Assembly: GCA_964596875.1 (NCBI GenBank)
Contig: CAZQVT010000001.1
Span: forward strand, 107,255 to 171,254
Reading direction: 5' to 3'
Length of the DNA: 64,000 bases
From: an uncultured Candidatus Saccharibacteria bacterium
GTDB lineage: Bacteria; Patescibacteriota; Minisyncoccia; Phycocordibacterales; DATDWN01
Positions 1 to 11,973 of this stretch are shown here, piece by piece (within the stretch, counting starts at the first letter, position 1; each line of letters opens with the position of its first letter). The position numbers were made by a program, and so were the translations under genes. The notes under the pieces were generated by a model. That model ran no database searches, was not told the DNA's origin, and was given only the letters and a program-made list of their open reading frames with translations.

Positions 1-432
<432 letters not shown>

Positions 433-483
433 TTAAAGCCTTTAGGATTTAATTATAAATATATAGCCCGATAAAACAAATAT

Positions 484-3400
484 ATGAAAACAAGAACAAC
501 AACAGATACAAATGATTTTGAAACAATCGCACTGAAACTGGCTTCTCCTGAGAGAATCAAAGAGTGGTCTTTTGGTGAGGTTACAAAACCAGAAACTATC
601 AACTATAGAACACAAAGATCAGAGAAAAACGGTTTGTTTGATGAAAAGATTTTCGGTCCGGACAAAGACTACGAATGTTACTGTGGAAAATACCGAGGTA
701 TTAGATACAAAGGAATTGTTTGTGAAAAATGTGGAGTTGAAATAACACGTTCTATCGTAAGACGAGAAAGAATGGGTCATATTGAACTTGCAACAGTTGT
801 TTCACACATCTGGTTCCTAAAGTCTATGCCAAGTAGAATCGCTCTTGTACTAGGTATTCCTGTAGCAGATATCGAAAAGGTTATCTACTTTGCTGGATAC
901 ATTATTACAAAAGTATCTGAAGAAGACAGAACAAAATACCTAAAGGATTTGGATTCTGAATACAAGTCAAAAGTAAAATCTCTACAAGATGAAAAAACAA
1001 AAGAGAAACTAAAAGAAATGCTTTTGGCAGCAAAAAGAGATATTGATTCTATCCAAGAGGGAAGAGTTTTGGACGAAGTTGAATACTACAACTTTGGAAT
1101 GAAATACGGAACAATGTTTGAGGCAAGTATTGGTGCAGAGGCTATCTACAATATTTTCAAGAAGATTGACCTAAACAAACTACTAGAGCAACTAAACCAA
1201 GAACTAGAAAAAGCTGGAGCGCTTGAAGCACCAAAGGTGAACAAGAGAATCAGTGTTATCAGTTCAATGATAACTTCTAACATTAGACCAGAGTGGATGT
1301 TTATGACATCTATTCCAGTTATTCCACCTGCTTTGCGACCTATGGTTCCACTAGATGGAGGAAGATACGCAACATCAGATGTAAACGATCTATACCGAAG
1401 AGTTATAAACCGAAACAACCGTCTAAAGAAACTAAAAGAGATTAGTGCTCCGGATGTTATTCTTAGAAACGAAAAAAGAATCCTACAGGAGGCAGTGGAT
1501 GCTCTTATCGACAACTCTATTAGACACGGTTCAGCACAGTCAGCACTTAACCAGTCACAAAGACGAGCACTAAAATCTTTGGCAGACAACCTAAAAGGTA
1601 AGAGAGGTATCTTCCGACAGAACCTGCTTGGTAAACGTGTAGACTACTCAGGACGTTCAGTTATCGTTGTGGGTCCAGAGTTGAAACTTAACCAATGTGG
1701 TTTGCCAAAACACATGGCACTAGAACTTTTCAAACCTTTTATTATTTCTGAACTTTTGAAAAGAGAGCTTGCTTACAACATAAAAGGTGCAAGTAAACTT
1801 ATCGAAGACGGTATCGCAGAAGTATGGGCAATCCTAGAAGATGTTATCTCAAACAGATATGTGCTACTAAACCGAGCACCTACTCTACACAGACTAGGTA
1901 TTCAAGCTTTCAAACCTATCCTTATCGAAGGTGACGCTATCCAACTACACCCACTAGTATGTTCTGCTTTCAACGCGGACTTCGACGGAGACCAAATGGC
2001 GGTGCACGTACCACTTTCTGACGAGGCACAACTAGAAGCAAGAGAAATCATGGCTTCTGACAAAAACATTTTGAAGCCTGGTTCAGGAGATCCAACAGTT
2101 TCAGCAAAAATGCTTGATATTATTTTGGGTTGTTACTGGATGACAAAAGAGATTTCCGGTGAAAAAGGTGAGGGCAAGTTCTTCTCATCTCCAAATACTG
2201 CTATCATGGCATACGACCTAGGTGAAGTTTCTTTCAGATCAAAAATCAAAGTTCTTCCAAGTGACAGTGCAAAATACGCACAGTTCGAAGGAAAAATATT
2301 TGAAACAACTGTAGGAAGACTACTATTCAACTCAGTTCTACCATCTGACTATCCATTTATAAATGTAGAAATCAACAAAAAGAAAACTACATCTATTATT
2401 GACGACCTAACAGAGAAATATGGTATTGAAAACGTTCCAACTATTATCGACAAGATAAAAGCGTTCGGATTTAAATATGCAACACACTCTGGAGTTACTT
2501 GGGGTCTAGACGACATTGTTATTCCAGAAGGAAAGAAAGACATTGTTGCAAAGTCAAAAGCAAAGACAGAAGCGATTGTCGAACACTTTAACCAAGGTCT
2601 AATTTCAAAAGAAGAAAGACTACGACAAATAATCGAAGTTTGGAACGGTGCAAAGGCTGATGTTGAAAAACTTATGCCAGATACTCTTCCTAAAAACGGT
2701 TCAGTAGGAGACATGGTTCTTTCTGGAGCTAGAGGTTCTATGGGTAACGTGACTTCAATGGCCGGAATGAAAGGTCTTATCACAAACACACAAGGTGAGA
2801 CTATCGAGTTCCCAATTATCTCATGTTCAAAAGAAGGATTTTCTCCACTTGAGTACTACATTACTACTCACGGTTCTAGAAAAGGTCTAACTGACACAGC
2901 GCTAAACACTGCAAAGTCTGGTTACCTTACTCGAAAGATGTTCGTAGTGGCACAAGACACTATGATTACAGAGGAAGACTGTGGAACAAAAGATGGTGTT
3001 ATTATCGACAAATACGCTATCACTGGTATTGAAACTCCTATCGCAAAACACATAAAGGGAAGATTCCTTTCAGAAGATGTTGTTACAACAGACGGAAAAG
3101 TATTGTTCAAAAAAGATCACTTGCTAACAAAAGCAGAAGCACAAATGATCGAAAGTTCTGGTATTTCAAAAGTTACTGTTCGATCTCCACTTTCATGTAA
3201 AACTCCAAACGGTATCTGTATAAAATGTTACGGAACTGATCTTGGTAAAAACAAAGTTGTAGATCTTGGTGAAGCAGTGGGAACAGTTGCCGGACAAGCT
3301 ATCGGTGAACCTGGAACACAGCTAACTATGAACACAAAACACGCTCACGGTGCTCTATCTGGAGGAGGAGATATTGTTCAAGGTCTTCCAAGAGTTGAGG

Positions 3401-4161
3401 AGTTGTTTGAAAAGAGAAAACCAAAGAACCCAGCAGTTGTTGCATCTGTTTCTGGAACAGTTACAGATATCAAAATCACAGACAAGGAGAAGATCATCAC
3501 TGTTACTCCGCTTCTAGAAGATAGAAAGAAAACAAAAGACACTATCGAGTATTCAACATCTCTAAACCGAACTATGTTGGTAAAAGCAGGTGACGAAATT
3601 AAGAAGGGAGACATAATAACAGACGGTTCAGCAGATATCGACGAGTTGTTCAAATACGCTGGAAAGGATAAAACTGTTGACTATATTATTCACGAGATCA
3701 ACAAACCTTACGAACTACAAGGAGAAAACGTTTCAAGAAAACACATCGAAACTATCGTAAGACAAATGTTCTCTAGAAAGAGAATCAAGACAGCAGGAGA
3801 TACTTACTTTGTTGCGGGCGACATTGTTGAAAACAATTTGCTAGTAGAGGAAAACGCAAAAATGAAGGAGGAAGGAAAAGAACTTGCTACAGCAGAACCA
3901 GTTGTGATGGGTATTACAGATGTTTCACTTTCACGACAAAGTTTCCTTTCTGCAGCTTCATTCCAACACACAACTAGAATCCTTATCTCAAGTGCAATAA
4001 GAGGAAACTCAGACAAACTAGCAGGACTAATGGAAAACGTTATCCTAGGTAGACTAATCCCAGCAGGAACAGGATTTAAGGGAAGTAGTAAACAAGAGAT
4101 GGTGGCGAAGATGCGAGCAGAGAGACCAGTAGTATTCGATGAAAGTACTCGTTACCAATAG
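484..4161 (+). CDS. rpoC: DNA-directed RNA polymerase beta' subunit
   Basis: 1225 aa with Zn-finger [36 protein letters not shown] catalytic motif, trigger loop and C-terminal domains. Synteny after rpoB. Confidence 0.95.
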   Translation: MKTRTTTDTNDFETIALKLASPERIKEWSFGEVTKPETINYRTQRSEKNGLFDEKIFGPDKDYECYCGKYRGIRYKGIVCEKCGVEITRSIVRRERMGHIELATVVSHIWFLKSMPSRIALVLGIPVADIEKVIYFAGYIITKVSEEDRTKYLKDLDSEYKSKVKSLQDEKTKEKLKEMLLAAKRDIDSIQEGRVLDEVEYYNFGMKYGTMFEASIGAEAIYNIFKKIDLNKLLEQLNQELEKAGALEAPKVNKRISVISSMITSNIRPEWMFMTSIPVIPPALRPMVPLDGGRYATSDVNDLYRRVINRNNRLKKLKEISAPDVILRNEKRILQEAVDALIDNSIRHGSAQSALNQSQRRALKSLADNLKGKRGIFRQNLLGKRVDYSGRSVIVVGPELKLNQCGLPKHMALELFKPFIISELLKRELAYNIKGASKLIEDGIAEVWAILEDVISNRYVLLNRAPTLHRLGIQAFKPILIEGDAIQLHPLVCSAFNADFDGDQMAVHVPLSDEAQLEAREIMASDKNILKPGSGDPTVSAKMLDIILGCYWMTKEISGEKGEGKFFSSPNTAIMAYDLGEVSFRSKIKVLPSDSAKYAQFEGKIFETTVGRLLFNSVLPSDYPFINVEINKKKTTSIIDDLTEKYGIENVPTIIDKIKAFGFKYATHSGVTWGLDDIVIPEGKKDIVAKSKAKTEAIVEHFNQGLISKEERLRQIIEVWNGAKADVEKLMPDTLPKNGSVGDMVLSGARGSMGNVTSMAGMKGLITNTQGETIEFPIISCSKEGFSPLEYYITTHGSRKGLTDTALNTAKSGYLTRKMFVVAQDTMITEEDCGTKDGVIIDKYAITGIETPIAKHIKGRFLSEDVVTTDGKVLFKKDHLLTKAEAQMIESSGISKVTVRSPLSCKTPNGICIKCYGTDLGKNKVVDLGEAVGTVAGQAIGEPGTQLTMNTKHAHGALSGGGDIVQGLPRVEELFEKRKPKNPAVVASVSGTVTDIKITDKEKIITVTPLLEDRKKTKDTIEYSTSLNRTMLVKAGDEIKKGDIITDGSADIDELFKYAGKDKTVDYIIHEINKPYELQGENVSRKHIETIVRQMFSRKRIKTAGDTYFVAGDIVENNLLVEENAKMKEEGKELATAEPVVMGITDVSLSRQSFLSAASFQHTTRILISSAIRGNSDKLAGLMENVILGRLIPAGTGFKGSSKQEMVAKMRAERPVVFDESTRYQ

Positions 4162-4281
4162 AGTCTTCAAATTTGACGAATTCCTTGTTTCGGTTTTGAA
4201 AATTCTCGTCAATGTACTAGGTGTACACCTCCTCGCATTTCCAAAACCTCAACGGCGGACTTCATTCAAATTCTGAAAACT
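4161..4281 (+). repeat. MITE/REP-like element, family 1, copy R1 (about 121 bp, imperfect TIRs GAGTCTTCAAATTTGA / TCAAATTCTGAAAACTC)
   Basis: Core TTTTGAAAATTCTCGTCA-[palindrome GTGTACAC]-CTCGCATTTCCAAAACCTCAACGGCGGA is shared with 48066-48187 and, in reverse complement, with 13826-13945 and 59207-59319. Starts at the rpoC stop codon. Confidence 0.6.
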
Positions 4282-4303
4282 CTAAAGTTTTTCAGGTTCA
4301 CGT

Positions 4304-6064
4304 TTGATTAAACACACTCTCCTCAAAATGTCCTCAGTAGATCAAATCAAATCAAAAATAGACATTGTTACACTTATTTCAGCCTACATAAAGCTGGAAA
4401 AAGCTGGAACGAACTTTAAAGGTAGGTGTCCTTTTCATAACGAAAAGACACCCTCCTTTTTCGTGTCCCCAGACCGGGGGAACTATTATTGTTTTGGCTG
4501 TCATGCAAAAGGTGACATATTTACTTTTGTACAGGAGTTTGAAGGATTAGACTTTGTCGGGTCACTAAAAGTTTTGGCAGAAAAAGCTGGAGTAGAACTT
4601 GAAAACTATAACACTGGAGAAAAAACAGAAAGAGAAAGATTGTTTTCTGTTTTGGAAAAAGCGGTATTTTTCTACGAGAAGAAACTTTCAGAAAATGTAG
4701 AGGCCCAAAACTATTTGAAAGGCAGAGGATTGCTACCGGAAACTATAAAAAGTTTTAGAATCGGCTACGCTCCACAGGACTGGCGACTATTGCTCGAGTA
4801 TCTAAAAGAAAAAGGAGTTTCAGAAAAAGATATGCTCGCTGTGGGTCTGGTAAAGAAAAAAGACGGAGCACTTTCTGTACTGTCTTCTTACTACGATACT
4901 TTTCGTGGCAGAATAATGTTTCCTATCGCTGACTCATCTGGAAGAGTAGTTGGTTTTTCTGGAAGAATACTAGTACCAGATGAAAAGTCTCCAAAGTATT
5001 TAAACTCTCCAGAAACAGAACTGTTTAACAAATCTGAAATACTTTTTGGATTAGACAAGGCAAAGAAAGATATAAAAATAAAGGACTACTCTGTTTTGGT
5101 AGAAGGTCAGATGGACTTGGTTATGCTTCACCAGGTAGGACTTACAAACACTGTTGCATCTTCTGGAACTGCACTTACTTCAAACCATCTTGTGAAACTT
5201 CAGAGACTTTCTGACAGAATCATGATGTCTTTTGATGCGGACTCTGCAGGTTTCAATGCTTCTGATCGTGCAGCGAAAATTGCGCTTTCTCTCGGAATGG
5301 ATTTGAAATTAGTTTCAATGCCGGAAGGCAAAGACCCTGCGGATTTAGCAAAAGAGGATCCTGAGTTACTTAAAGAGTGTTTTCGAAACTCAAAATCCAT
5401 AGTGGACTTTTACGTTGACACTTTGCTTTCAAAAAACTTAAGCCCAAAAGACCTGACTATAGAAATACGTAAAAAAGTTTTGCCCTACATTGCTCAGATG
5501 AAAGACAAGACTGACCAGGCTCACTTTGTAAAAGTAATCATGAAAAAAACTTTTATAAACGAGGAAGCGCTTTGGGAGGATTTGAAAAAAGTTGGAGTAA
5601 ATGAAAATAACTATAGTCCGGGACAAAGTTCCGCTCCACCAACAAGAAGGGTGGACAGTATCGAGAGAAAAATACTTGGAATAATAATTTGGATAAAGGA
5701 AAAGAAGGATGAAGGAAATATTTTGGAGAAACTGGATGTAGAGGGTAGAGTGAGGAAAATAATCGGCGAAAGACTTTCGGAACTTGAAAAGATTTTTGAA
5801 AAAGACAAAGACCTACTGTTATTTGAAACCGAAAGCCATTATAATAATAAGAATAATTTAGAAAAAGATATCGAAGAACTCCTGGTGTCACTTGAAGAAG
5901 AATATTTGCGAAGAGAATTAACGGTGGCAATGGAAAACTTGCAAAAGGCAGAGCAAAAGAGGGAAAGCGGTGAGATTCTAAAGTTTTTAGAGGAATGTCA
6001 GCGGATAACACAAAGAATAAATACGATCAAAACAATAAAAAGTGCGTTTGAAAATAAAAAATGA
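4304..6064 (+). CDS. dnaG: DNA primase
   Basis: Zn-ribbon [30 protein letters not shown] and [19 protein letters not shown]...SFDADSAG. Alternative start at 4328 (MSSVDQIK). Confidence 0.9.
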   Translation: MIKHTLLKMSSVDQIKSKIDIVTLISAYIKLEKAGTNFKGRCPFHNEKTPSFFVSPDRGNYYCFGCHAKGDIFTFVQEFEGLDFVGSLKVLAEKAGVELENYNTGEKTERERLFSVLEKAVFFYEKKLSENVEAQNYLKGRGLLPETIKSFRIGYAPQDWRLLLEYLKEKGVSEKDMLAVGLVKKKDGALSVLSSYYDTFRGRIMFPIADSSGRVVGFSGRILVPDEKSPKYLNSPETELFNKSEILFGLDKAKKDIKIKDYSVLVEGQMDLVMLHQVGLTNTVASSGTALTSNHLVKLQRLSDRIMMSFDADSAGFNASDRAAKIALSLGMDLKLVSMPEGKDPADLAKEDPELLKECFRNSKSIVDFYVDTLLSKNLSPKDLTIEIRKKVLPYIAQMKDKTDQAHFVKVIMKKTFINEEALWEDLKKVGVNENNYSPGQSSAPPTRRVDSIERKILGIIIWIKEKKDEGNILEKLDVEGRVRKIIGERLSELEKIFEKDKDLLLFETESHYNNKNNLEKDIEELLVSLEEEYLRRELTVAMENLQKAEQKRESGEILKFLEECQRITQRINTIKTIKSAFENKK

Positions 6065-7350
6065 AAAACAAGAAATTAAAAAAGAATAAATCTAAATCAC
6101 AAAAGTCTACAAAAAAAGTAGCGAAAAAAGTGGTGAAGACTAAAGTAGCATCAAAGAAACAAAAAAAGATTTCTGTGCCAAAGATTCGTGCAAAAAAGAA
6201 AAACAAATCTTCTTTGGCGATGCGGGCTGCAAAGACGACAACAAAGACTGTAAAGCCTCAGAAAAAAGCTGAAAAGCAAAACGACGGTATGGCGAGACTT
6301 CTTCATAAAGGAAAGGAGAGAGGATATATAACCTATGACGAAATTCTAAAAGAGTTTCCAACTATCGAAGACGATATTTTGTTCCTAGAGGAACTTTATG
6401 AAAAGTTTTCTACAGGAGGCATAGATGTTTTGGAAGGAGGAGGACTTCTGGATGCTGGAAACAACGACGACCTGATAGCTAAAAAGTATACATACGGTAG
6501 AGGAGGCGAGTCTTCATATGACTCTATACAAATGTATCTAAAAGAGATCGGCCAGTACCAGCTTATTTCTGGAGGAATGGAAAAAGAGTTGGCGAAAAGA
6601 ATCGAACAAGGTGATGAAGAAGCAAAAACATTACTTGCTCGTGCGAACCTCCGACTTGTGGTTTCGATTGCTAAAAAATATGCAAACAGAAGTGCAGACC
6701 TAACACTTCTTGATCTTATTCAAGAAGGTAACCTTGGTTTGTTTAAGGCGGTAGATAAGTTTGATTGGACAAAGGGTTACAAGTTTTCTACATATGCAAC
6801 ATGGTGGATACGACAGGCGATAACTCGTGCGCTAGCTGATCAGTCTAGAACTATTCGTGTTCCAGTGCACATGGTAGAAACTATCGCAAAATATAAACAA
6901 GTAGTTCGAAGACTTTCACAGGATTTGGGACGAGATCCTTTGCCAGAAGAAATTGCAGTTGAAATGAATCTTTCAGTGGACAAAGTTTACACTATCGAGA
7001 AAATCGACCAGTCTACACTTTCACTTGAAGCACCGATAGGGGACGAGGGTGATGAAAGTAAAAGTAAACTCGGAGACTTTTTGGCGGATGATAAAATACT
7101 TTCTCCAGATCAGGAGTCTTCAAGAAGAATTGTTTCAGACCAAGTTAGAGAAATACTAAATGACTTGCCAGAAAAAGAAAGAAAGATTCTAGAACTTCGT
7201 CACGGACTTGTGGATGGCGTGACACATACACTAGAAGAAGTAGGAAAGGAGTTTGGAGTTACTCGAGAACGTATCAGACAAATCGAAGCAAAGGCACATG
7301 AAAAGATACGACAGCATGATAAGATAAATAGGTTAAGGAATTACTATTAG
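6061..7350 (+). CDS. rpoD: RNA polymerase sigma-70 factor with unusual Lys-rich N-terminal tail
   Basis: Region 2-4 motifs [40 protein letters not shown] and C-terminal [22 protein letters not shown]. First 75 aa are KKxK-rich ([28 protein letters not shown]...). Confidence 0.9.
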   Translation: MKNKKLKKNKSKSQKSTKKVAKKVVKTKVASKKQKKISVPKIRAKKKNKSSLAMRAAKTTTKTVKPQKKAEKQNDGMARLLHKGKERGYITYDEILKEFPTIEDDILFLEELYEKFSTGGIDVLEGGGLLDAGNNDDLIAKKYTYGRGGESSYDSIQMYLKEIGQYQLISGGMEKELAKRIEQGDEEAKTLLARANLRLVVSIAKKYANRSADLTLLDLIQEGNLGLFKAVDKFDWTKGYKFSTYATWWIRQAITRALADQSRTIRVPVHMVETIAKYKQVVRRLSQDLGRDPLPEEIAVEMNLSVDKVYTIEKIDQSTLSLEAPIGDEGDESKSKLGDFLADDKILSPDQESSRRIVSDQVREILNDLPEKERKILELRHGLVDGVTHTLEEVGKEFGVTRERIRQIEAKAHEKIRQHDKINRLRNYY

Positions 7351-7501
7351 AATTTTCGTTTTATATTTTTCATCGCTACCAAAAATCGCCCCAGCGGGCG
7401 ATTTTTGCTGGTCCTCAACCCCTCGTCGTCAAGAACGGGGTGCCTTGACGACACCATGCTCGGGGTCTGCGGAGGCTCTGAAAAAAACAAAACGAAAATT
7501 C
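7350..7501 (+). repeat. TIR element family 2, copy A, carrying an intrinsic terminator hairpin (AAAAATCGCCCCAGCGGGCGATTTTT at 7381-7406)
   Basis: Perfect 12-13 bp TIRs AATTTTCGTTTT (7351-7362) / AAAACGAAAATT (7489-7500). Internal stems CGTCGTCAAG..CTTGACGAC and conserved CCATGCT..CTGCGGAG are shared with copies at 32954-33085, 37024-37131 and 43124-43262. Confidence 0.6.
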
Positions 7502-7560
7502 TAATTTGACAAAATGTAATTTTATGTGCCATAATGTTTGTGGAGAGAAAGGGGCGAGAC

Positions 7561-8160
7561 ATGAACTGGTACCAGTCTGTGAGTGTGGTTCTGGCGCTGG
7601 GACTGTATGTCCCACTTGGTGTACAGATCCTTCAGGGTAAGGTCGTGCAGAACTTGGCGACCTTCATTCTGTGGGGGCTGCTCGATACCATCGCCGGCAC
7701 ATCTCTATACGTTCAGGGTGGCAACTACGGGTTGCCGTTCGCGTACGTTGCGGGGTGCACATTCATCATCGCGTGCATCCTGAAGAAGCGAACCTACAAC
7801 TGGACCAGTTTTGAAACGAAAGTATCGTTTCTGGTCCTCCTGTCCATTGTTGCCTGGATGGTCTCCGGACCCTACATGGCGACAATCTTCTCAACTACCG
7901 GCGTGGTGCTCGCGGGAGTTCCCCAGGTGAAAGATTCCTGGAGAAACCCGAAGCAGTCGCCGATGCTTCTTTACATCGGGTACGCATTCGCAAATCTACT
8001 GTCAACTATCGGCGGCAAGTCGTGGACAGTGGAGGAACGACTGTACTCGTTTGCCTGCTTTCTGCTCGTTCTGGTAGTAGTAGGCGCAACGTCGAGAAAG
8101 TACACTCTGGCATATCGTCGTATGGTGGACGATGCTCGCGAGCTGTGGAGTCTCGACTAA
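7561..8160 (+). CDS. GC-rich polytopic membrane protein, possible PQ-loop/SWEET-like transporter (two repeats, second with VPQVKDSWRNPKQ)
   Basis: About 58% GC against about 35% in flanks. RBS AAAGGGG 6 nt before ATG 7561. Hydrophobic helices throughout. Family assignment is from the motif only. Confidence 0.45.
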   Translation: MNWYQSVSVVLALGLYVPLGVQILQGKVVQNLATFILWGLLDTIAGTSLYVQGGNYGLPFAYVAGCTFIIACILKKRTYNWTSFETKVSFLVLLSIVAWMVSGPYMATIFSTTGVVLAGVPQVKDSWRNPKQSPMLLYIGYAFANLLSTIGGKSWTVEERLYSFACFLLVLVVVGATSRKYTLAYRRMVDDARELWSLD

Positions 8161-8176
8161 CAAACTGCCTGTTCTT

Positions 8177-8217
8177 GGCGGAACCCTTTGGGTTCCGCCA
8201 GAGCACGGCTTTTTTTG
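8177..8217 (+). terminator. intrinsic terminator GGCGGAACCCTTTGGGTTCCGCC..GCACGGCTTTTTTT
   Basis: GC stem-loop plus T-run directly after the 8160 stop. The 3' tail GCACGGCTTTTTTG recurs in the 8971-9010 terminator. Confidence 0.6.
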
Positions 8218-8239
8218 TTATAAAATTTTTTGTGTTAGT

Positions 8240-8500
8240 ATCTGGGGGAAGGGAGGTGGTGTTGGTCAAACGATGCAAGTTTTGTCGGAGTCGCAGGATT
8301 GGCATCCTCGGCAAATACTTTCATTGCCATAGGTGCTTCCGACTTCTACAGCATGTGGACCCTGTAGAGCAGGGAAAGGAGAAGACTGCCGTCGAGGATT
8401 TGATGGCAAGGACCCTGGCGCGTGAAGCCGCAGACCGAATAGTTCACAAGAAGTAACTCTCGTGGTGGGGTCGATATAAGACCCCTGTACGAGTTTTTTG
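8240..8500 (+). ncRNA. candidate small RNA / micro-ORF transcript in GC-rich island (possible 17-aa ORF MARTLAREAADRIVHKK at 8403-8456)
   Basis: Extended -10 like TGtTAGTAT near 8243-8251. Hairpins GAGGATtggcATCCTC, GGCAAatactttcATTGCC and CCCTGtagagCAGGG. Terminator GGGGTCgatataaGACCCC..TTTTTTG at about 8466-8497. Confidence 0.25.
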
Positions 8501-8544
8501 TTTGACAATATTTATTTATATGAGAGATTGAGTCGGGGAGGACT

Positions 8545-8961
8545 ATGCTCGGACTTTACTTGCGTGCGGCGTTTTCTGGCCTGTTCTTTGGGCTGTGGCC
8601 ACTTTTCATGAAGCACAGTGGCATTAAGAGTTCTGCGGTCTCGACGATCTTTCTCGAGGCTGTGGTTCTCGCTGTCGTGCTTCTCTACGGAGGGCGTGAG
8701 TTCTCAACAACCGATCTGTCGGGAACAAAGTGGGTGTACTTGTTCCTGGCTGGTGCGAGTGCGGCGACCGGAGTCCTCGCATTCAACAGTGGACTTGCAG
8801 TTTCAACCGAGTCCACTGTGAGTCTGATTGTTGTGACTGCCATTCTGGTACAGGTGGTGGTGACGGCAGTCTACCAAGGAACTATTGGTGGTGGAATCTC
8901 CGTGACCAAGGCGGTAGGGTTCGCCCTCGCGGGCATTTCAGCCTACATCCTTTCGAGGTAA
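8545..8961 (+). CDS. GC-rich small 4-TM membrane protein, EamA/SMR(ArnE/F)-like
   Basis: 138 aa with four hydrophobic helices. RBS GGGGAGG 3 nt before the ATG. High GC. Confidence 0.4.
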   Translation: MLGLYLRAAFSGLFFGLWPLFMKHSGIKSSAVSTIFLEAVVLAVVLLYGGREFSTTDLSGTKWVYLFLAGASAATGVLAFNSGLAVSTESTVSLIVVTAILVQVVVTAVYQGTIGGGISVTKAVGFALAGISAYILSR

Positions 8962-8970
8962 CGCGTCGTG

Positions 8971-9010
8971 TGTGGCGGGACAAGTGTCCCGCCGGCACGG
9001 CTTTTTTGTT
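8971..9010 (+). terminator. intrinsic terminator GGCGGGACAAGTGTCCCGCC GGCACGGCTTTTTTG
   Basis: Stem-loop plus T-run after the 8961 stop. Paralogous to the 8177 terminator. Confidence 0.65.
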
Positions 9011-9038
9011 ATATAAAATAAAGTGGTATCCTATACCT

Positions 9039-11939
9039 ATGTCAGCGGATATTTTTAAAGAAAAATACAAAGCACTAAATAAGGCACAAAAGGAGGCGGT
9101 AGATGCCATAGAGGAGCCAGTTATGGTCGTGGCAGGTCCTGGAACGGGTAAGACAACTATTTTAACGCTTCATATTGCAAACATACTACTTGAGACACAG
9201 ACAAATCCTGGGGGCATTTTAGCCCTTACTTTTACTGACGCCGGGGTAAAGTCCATGAAAAAGAAATTACGACAGATCATTGGTAGTCGTGCTGATGAGG
9301 TCGCTATACATACTTTTCACTCTTTTGCTGGATCAGTTTTTTCACAGTTTCCAGACCATTTCCCAGAACTTTTTAGAACAAAGCAGATTACAGACATAGA
9401 GGCAGAAAGTATGGTTCGTGAAATACTGCGTTCAGAAAAGTTTGGAAAACTCCGACCTTTCGGAGAACCAGACTACTATGTTGGGAAAATATTAAAAGGT
9501 ATAAGTGATTCCAAAAAAGAAAACCAAACTCCAGAAAGTGTTTCGGACTTTGCAAAACAAGAAATAGAAAGACTAAAAAGTGACCCAGCGTCTATCTCTT
9601 CTCGTGGTCCAACAAAAGGAAAACTAAAAGCAGATGTGAACGGGAAAATAGAAAAATGCGAAAGAACGTTTTTGTTTTCTGAAGTTTTTAGAATTTTTGA
9701 AGAAAAGAAAAAAACTCTAAAACTTTTAGACTACGACGATCTACTTCTGAAACTTTTGGAAGCACTGGATAAAGACACTCAACTTTTGCAGGAACTGCAG
9801 GAAAAGTTTCAGTATGTACACATAGATGAACATCAGGATACCAACGAGTCGCAAAACACTATTGTTATGAAACTGGTGGACTTTTTCGACACCCCAAATA
9901 TTTTTATTGTAGGAGATGAAAAGCAGGCGATATATCGTTTCCAAGGCGCGTCTGTAAAAAACTTTCTGACATTCCAAAACAAATGGAAAAAAATGAAAGT
10001 AGTAAAACTCGAAAGCAACTACCGAAGTCATCAGGCCATACTGGATGCTACTTTTAAAATGATAGAAAACAACTACGAAGAAGGAGAACATAAAGACCTT
10101 CGGGTAAAACTAACAGGAAATGGAAAAGAAAGACCGATAGACCTTGTTACAAGTCCAGATGGTTTTACGCAGGATGAATATATTGTAAAAAGAATAAAAG
10201 AAATACAGAAAGAAGACGGGGATGCGACCGTTGCGGTTATTGTTCGCAAAAACAGAGAAGTCGAACACTTTTTGTCTTTATGTGAAAGAAATGACATAGA
10301 AGCCACAGCAGAAAGAGGTGTAAATATTTTTGAATCACCGGTTGGTACTTTGTATTTTGATATTTTGGAGTACCTAAACGACAGAACAAAAACCGAGGCA
10401 CTGGCGAACACCATCGCACGAGGTTTGTGGGGTATAGATTTTCAAAAGTCAGTTGCACTAATAAACAAAATAAGAAGCACTGATGTAGATATAGAAAATG
10501 AGTTGCCTCAAATAAAAACTATACTAAACGAGATAAATACTGGTGGAGTCATAAACTTTCTCATACTTACGGCAGAACTTTCTGGATATGCTGAAGTCGT
10601 AAAACAAAGTCCAGTTTCGGCGGAAGTGTGGAGGGCGATAGTGGACCTTTCAAAAGACATTGCAGAAGGCGGTTCCATACAAGACCCAAAGATTTTGATA
10701 CAAGAACTTTTGAACTACAGAAAAACTGCAGAGAACAAGTCGATAAAAATCGGTAGTGGAAGTATAAATTCTAAAGTTCAAATAATAACCGCGCACTCTT
10801 CCAAGGGTCTAGAGTATGACTATGTTTTAATGCCAAATGTAACAGAGGAGTCGTGGATGAGTCATAGTTTTGGTAACTCTTTTGTGTTTGCATTTCAAAA
10901 AGAAGAGGGTGATGAGGTAAAGGATTCTCGAAGACTTTTCTATGTGGCGATGACTCGTGCAAAACAGCACGTAGAACTTGTGGTCCCAGAAGAAAACTCT
11001 GGTGGAAGGGAACTTACACCGCTACGCTTTTTGTCAGAACTAGACGCTAAACATATAAAAACAACAAACCTAAAAAGAGTTATGGAAAGACCTTTGGAAC
11101 TTTCTTTGGGATATTTTGACAAAGTGAGAGAAAAAGAAGCTCAAGAGTACACAAAAAGAGTTTTGGTACAAAAGGGACTTTCTGTAACAGCATTGAACCA
11201 TTTTCTAGATTGTCCTAGAGGATTTTTCTACAAGAGTATTCTAAAGATTCCAGAAGCACCTAGTGTTTCGTCCGAAAGGGGTATTGCAATGCACAAAGCA
11301 CTTTCACTAGTTTGGAGAGAGGAAAAAAGAAAGGCTTCGGATATAGAAAGAACTATAGTTTCTGTCACGGACGAGTATTTCAAAAAGTCTTTGTTGCCAA
11401 AGTTTGAAAAAGAAATAGTAATGGAGGAAATAAAGTCGTATGCAAAAGTCGTTGCAGTTGAACTGGAAAGTTATTTTGCTTTTGCAGGACAAACCTTTTT
11501 GGAAAAATGGGAAGAAAAAGAACACACTGTAAGGTTTGAAAATGAAGAAGTTACTTTTAACCTGCATGGTCAGCTGGATGCGATACTTGTAGATGACGAC
11601 TACGCTAGGATTTATGACTACAAAACCACCGAGGTAAAAAGCATAGCAAGCATAAAAGGGGAGACAAAAAGTTCGGATGGAAACTATTTTAGACAACTAG
11701 TTTTCTACAAGTTCCTATTACAAGGAAACGCAAACTACAAAGGCAAGGTGATAGAACCAGCACTGATTTTCGTAAAACCAAACGCGGGCGGTAAGTGTCC
11801 AACCGTTGTAATCCCTATAGAAGAAAACGATATAGAAAATATAAAAAATGAAATACAGAGTTTGGTGGAGTCGGTTTGGTCCGGAGAGTTTCTGAAAACT
11901 AGGTGCGACGACAAAAATTGTAAGTATTGCAAGATATAA
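9039..11939 (+). CDS. UvrD/PcrA-family SF1 helicase fused to a C-terminal Cas4/AddB-type PD-(D/E)XK nuclease with Fe-S cysteines
   Basis: Walker A VVAGPGTGKTT and motif II HIDEHQDTN. C-terminal nuclease LDAILVDDDYARIYDYKTTE, with Cys in FLDCPRGFF plus RCDDKNCKYC, a 1+3 Cys pattern like AddB/Cas4. The ORF track start 8730 is rejected because it overlaps the upstream gene and terminator. Confidence 0.8.
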   Translation: MSADIFKEKYKALNKAQKEAVDAIEEPVMVVAGPGTGKTTILTLHIANILLETQTNPGGILALTFTDAGVKSMKKKLRQIIGSRADEVAIHTFHSFAGSVFSQFPDHFPELFRTKQITDIEAESMVREILRSEKFGKLRPFGEPDYYVGKILKGISDSKKENQTPESVSDFAKQEIERLKSDPASISSRGPTKGKLKADVNGKIEKCERTFLFSEVFRIFEEKKKTLKLLDYDDLLLKLLEALDKDTQLLQELQEKFQYVHIDEHQDTNESQNTIVMKLVDFFDTPNIFIVGDEKQAIYRFQGASVKNFLTFQNKWKKMKVVKLESNYRSHQAILDATFKMIENNYEEGEHKDLRVKLTGNGKERPIDLVTSPDGFTQDEYIVKRIKEIQKEDGDATVAVIVRKNREVEHFLSLCERNDIEATAERGVNIFESPVGTLYFDILEYLNDRTKTEALANTIARGLWGIDFQKSVALINKIRSTDVDIENELPQIKTILNEINTGGVINFLILTAELSGYAEVVKQSPVSAEVWRAIVDLSKDIAEGGSIQDPKILIQELLNYRKTAENKSIKIGSGSINSKVQIITAHSSKGLEYDYVLMPNVTEESWMSHSFGNSFVFAFQKEEGDEVKDSRRLFYVAMTRAKQHVELVVPEENSGGRELTPLRFLSELDAKHIKTTNLKRVMERPLELSLGYFDKVREKEAQEYTKRVLVQKGLSVTALNHFLDCPRGFFYKSILKIPEAPSVSSERGIAMHKALSLVWREEKRKASDIERTIVSVTDEYFKKSLLPKFEKEIVMEEIKSYAKVVAVELESYFAFAGQTFLEKWEEKEHTVRFENEEVTFNLHGQLDAILVDDDYARIYDYKTTEVKSIASIKGETKSSDGNYFRQLVFYKFLLQGNANYKGKVIEPALIFVKPNAGGKCPTVVIPIEENDIENIKNEIQSLVESVWSGEFLKTRCDDKNCKYCKI

Positions 11940-11973
11940 AATAAAACCCCTTTCCGGGTTTTATTTTTCAGAA

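Noticed and set aside
1146-4016. Several 60-150-aa minus-strand ORFs inside rpoC
   Set aside because: They are antisense frames within a conserved essential gene, with no signals.
8730-9038. N-terminal extension of the helicase ORF (track start 8730)
   Set aside because: It would read through the upstream EamA-like gene and its intrinsic terminator. An in-frame ATG at 9039 gives the canonical helicase start MSADIFKEKY..AGPGTGKTT.
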